Shown here piece after piece: positions 62,236 to 64,000 of a stretch of DNA of 64,000 nucleotides. The notes beneath the pieces were generated by a model that saw only the letters and a program-made list of their open reading frames with translations, was not told the DNA's origin and searched no databases. A program made the translations under genes and the position numbers. Position 1 is the stretch's first letter. Each line of letters begins with the position of its first letter. Source of the DNA: Eledone cirrhosa (taxonomy: Eukaryota). The stretch spans positions 239,692,001 through 239,756,000 of the forward strand of contig OZ024743.1 in NCBI GenBank assembly GCA_964016885.1, read 5' to 3'.

Positions 62236-62574
62236 CGCGCGCGCGCGTGTTTGTGTGTGTGCGTGAGAGAGAGAGAGAGAGAGGGGAGGGGTGGAGACTG
62301 GGGGAGAAACAGACAACCAGAATTAGACGGACATAAGCAGAGAGAAAATGTGACTAGATATCTGTGTGTGCAGGGATAGGTTTAAATATAACGGGAAACA
62401 ATACTCTATATTAATAAACATTAAACAAAATACACAATAAAATCTTGTGACATTTACTTTCTTACCTGTTCGGGCGAAATATGACGAAGATAATTTTTCA
62501 TCCCAGTGTCGCTGTATACACAGCAGTTGGAGCAGCATAAACTCTCTTAATATAAAATATATATAGGTAAATGG

Positions 62575-62870
62575 ACCTCCGTTCACTTCGACGATGTGTG
62601 TTTCAATAGTTTGATAAAAGGAACAGCCTGTTCGTGAATTCTATGAGCAATTAATAGTTGAGCATTTTACAGACATGTGTGCACTTAATGTAATTTTCAG
62701 GGAGATTCAGCGGTGACAGTGAACGCGTCTCGGCTGGCTGTTTGAATTACGGGAACGGTCCAATCAACAAGCTTCCAAACAGTTTCCGTTTATTCAATTT
62801 CATTCCAAAAAAATTGGGTCGATCCGAGGCTACAGTAAATGCCACTTGCCGGATATATTGGATCAAAGCC
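62575..62870 (-). mobile_element. Old SINE family B
   Basis: cttccaaacagtttccgtttattcaatttca...gaggctacagtaaatgccacttgcc; related to 19255-19492. Confidence 0.55.
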
Positions 62871-63742
62871 GGCGATGTATCGAGTAGTTACACTAATACA
62901 CTATTACACTAAATAAATATATTAGTACATTATTCGCACACAGAAAAATATTGAACTTGTCTTTATATGATTCACGCATTGTTGACTATTCATCAGAAAC
63001 ATGTACTCTTATTTTCCGTCCACGAAGAGAATTATATTGGAGAAGTGAAGGCTTAGAATTATTTACACGTAGTGTATGCCGACATAAAACATGTCTCATA
63101 ATTGTTTTACTAGACTCGTTAATGTGCGTAAATGATAATTATCTAATTAATCATATCACCAACAAAAGAATGCTTTGCAAGTTATATATACCATTTCAGT
63201 TGAGTCCCTGTTTGTGTTTCATATAAATATCTATTTGGTATAACTCCTTTCGTAGGCACAAAATTAAGTCGTTTTCAGATGAATAACCAATACACTATGA
63301 AACATGGGAAGTCAGTCCTAAATATCTTCCGTGTGCGAAGATGGTAATACATATAAGTTTGCTTACTCTTCCACAGTGAGATTAATTTAAAACTATAGGT
63401 ATTAATATTGTATATTAATAGTGCATATTAATAATCAGATTTATTAATATACACAGTGTTGTGCATAAATATTTATATTTGACATATATATTTGTATGTA
63501 TGGGCATGTGTGTGTGAGGGAGGGGGGGGTCAACATACCTTTCGATTTATCTTATGTAAAGATACTAAGTGCCCAAAACATTACAGTGCAGTTAACATAA
63601 TATAATCTATTATACTTCCAGGGTATAATATACGAAGTACAGAAAGAATTGTGAATATTAATATTTAAATAAATATCAAGTATCTACATTCATATATAAA
63701 CTGTCACATCACAGAGATAAATACATGTATATATATATATAG

Positions 63743-63846
<104 letters not shown>

Positions 63847-64000
63847 CATGTAAAGTTATATTTAAAAATTGTTGGGTTACAACTAGTAAATATTTATAAC
63901 TGATATAAAAGCACTCGACAAATATTTGGAGTATATTTACAATATTAAATAAATGGAAAACTATATTTATAAAACCATATTTATTTCATTATATATATTT

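Overview
AT-rich eukaryotic non-coding DNA, most likely from a cephalopod (octopus-like; inferred from the SINE families and extreme microsatellite load). Almost all supplied ORFs are artefacts of (TA)n/(CA)n/(CATA)n/(CAT)n/(AAG)n repeats. Recognisable mobile elements are a decayed CR1-clade LINE, an internally deleted L1/Tx1-clade LINE, RTE remnants, a DD37D (maT) Tc1/mariner relic, a MITE and many tRNA-derived SINEs. The main signal is a dense population of short non-coding elements, mostly sitting in (TA)n tracts, that carry type I hammerhead ribozymes (HHRs). I found about 16 complete or near-complete HHRs plus many 3' halves, belonging to several unrelated sequence families. Two families use a U3-A8 core (UUGANAA) and one has a recurrent CAGAAGA core. 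Many copies are fold-back (inverted) structures whose turning point lies in the ribozyme stem II hairpin. This resembles non-autonomous Penelope-like / retrozyme-like retroelements that target TA microsatellites. All folds were read by eye and none has been tested. One plausible 45-nt host exon lies on the minus strand.
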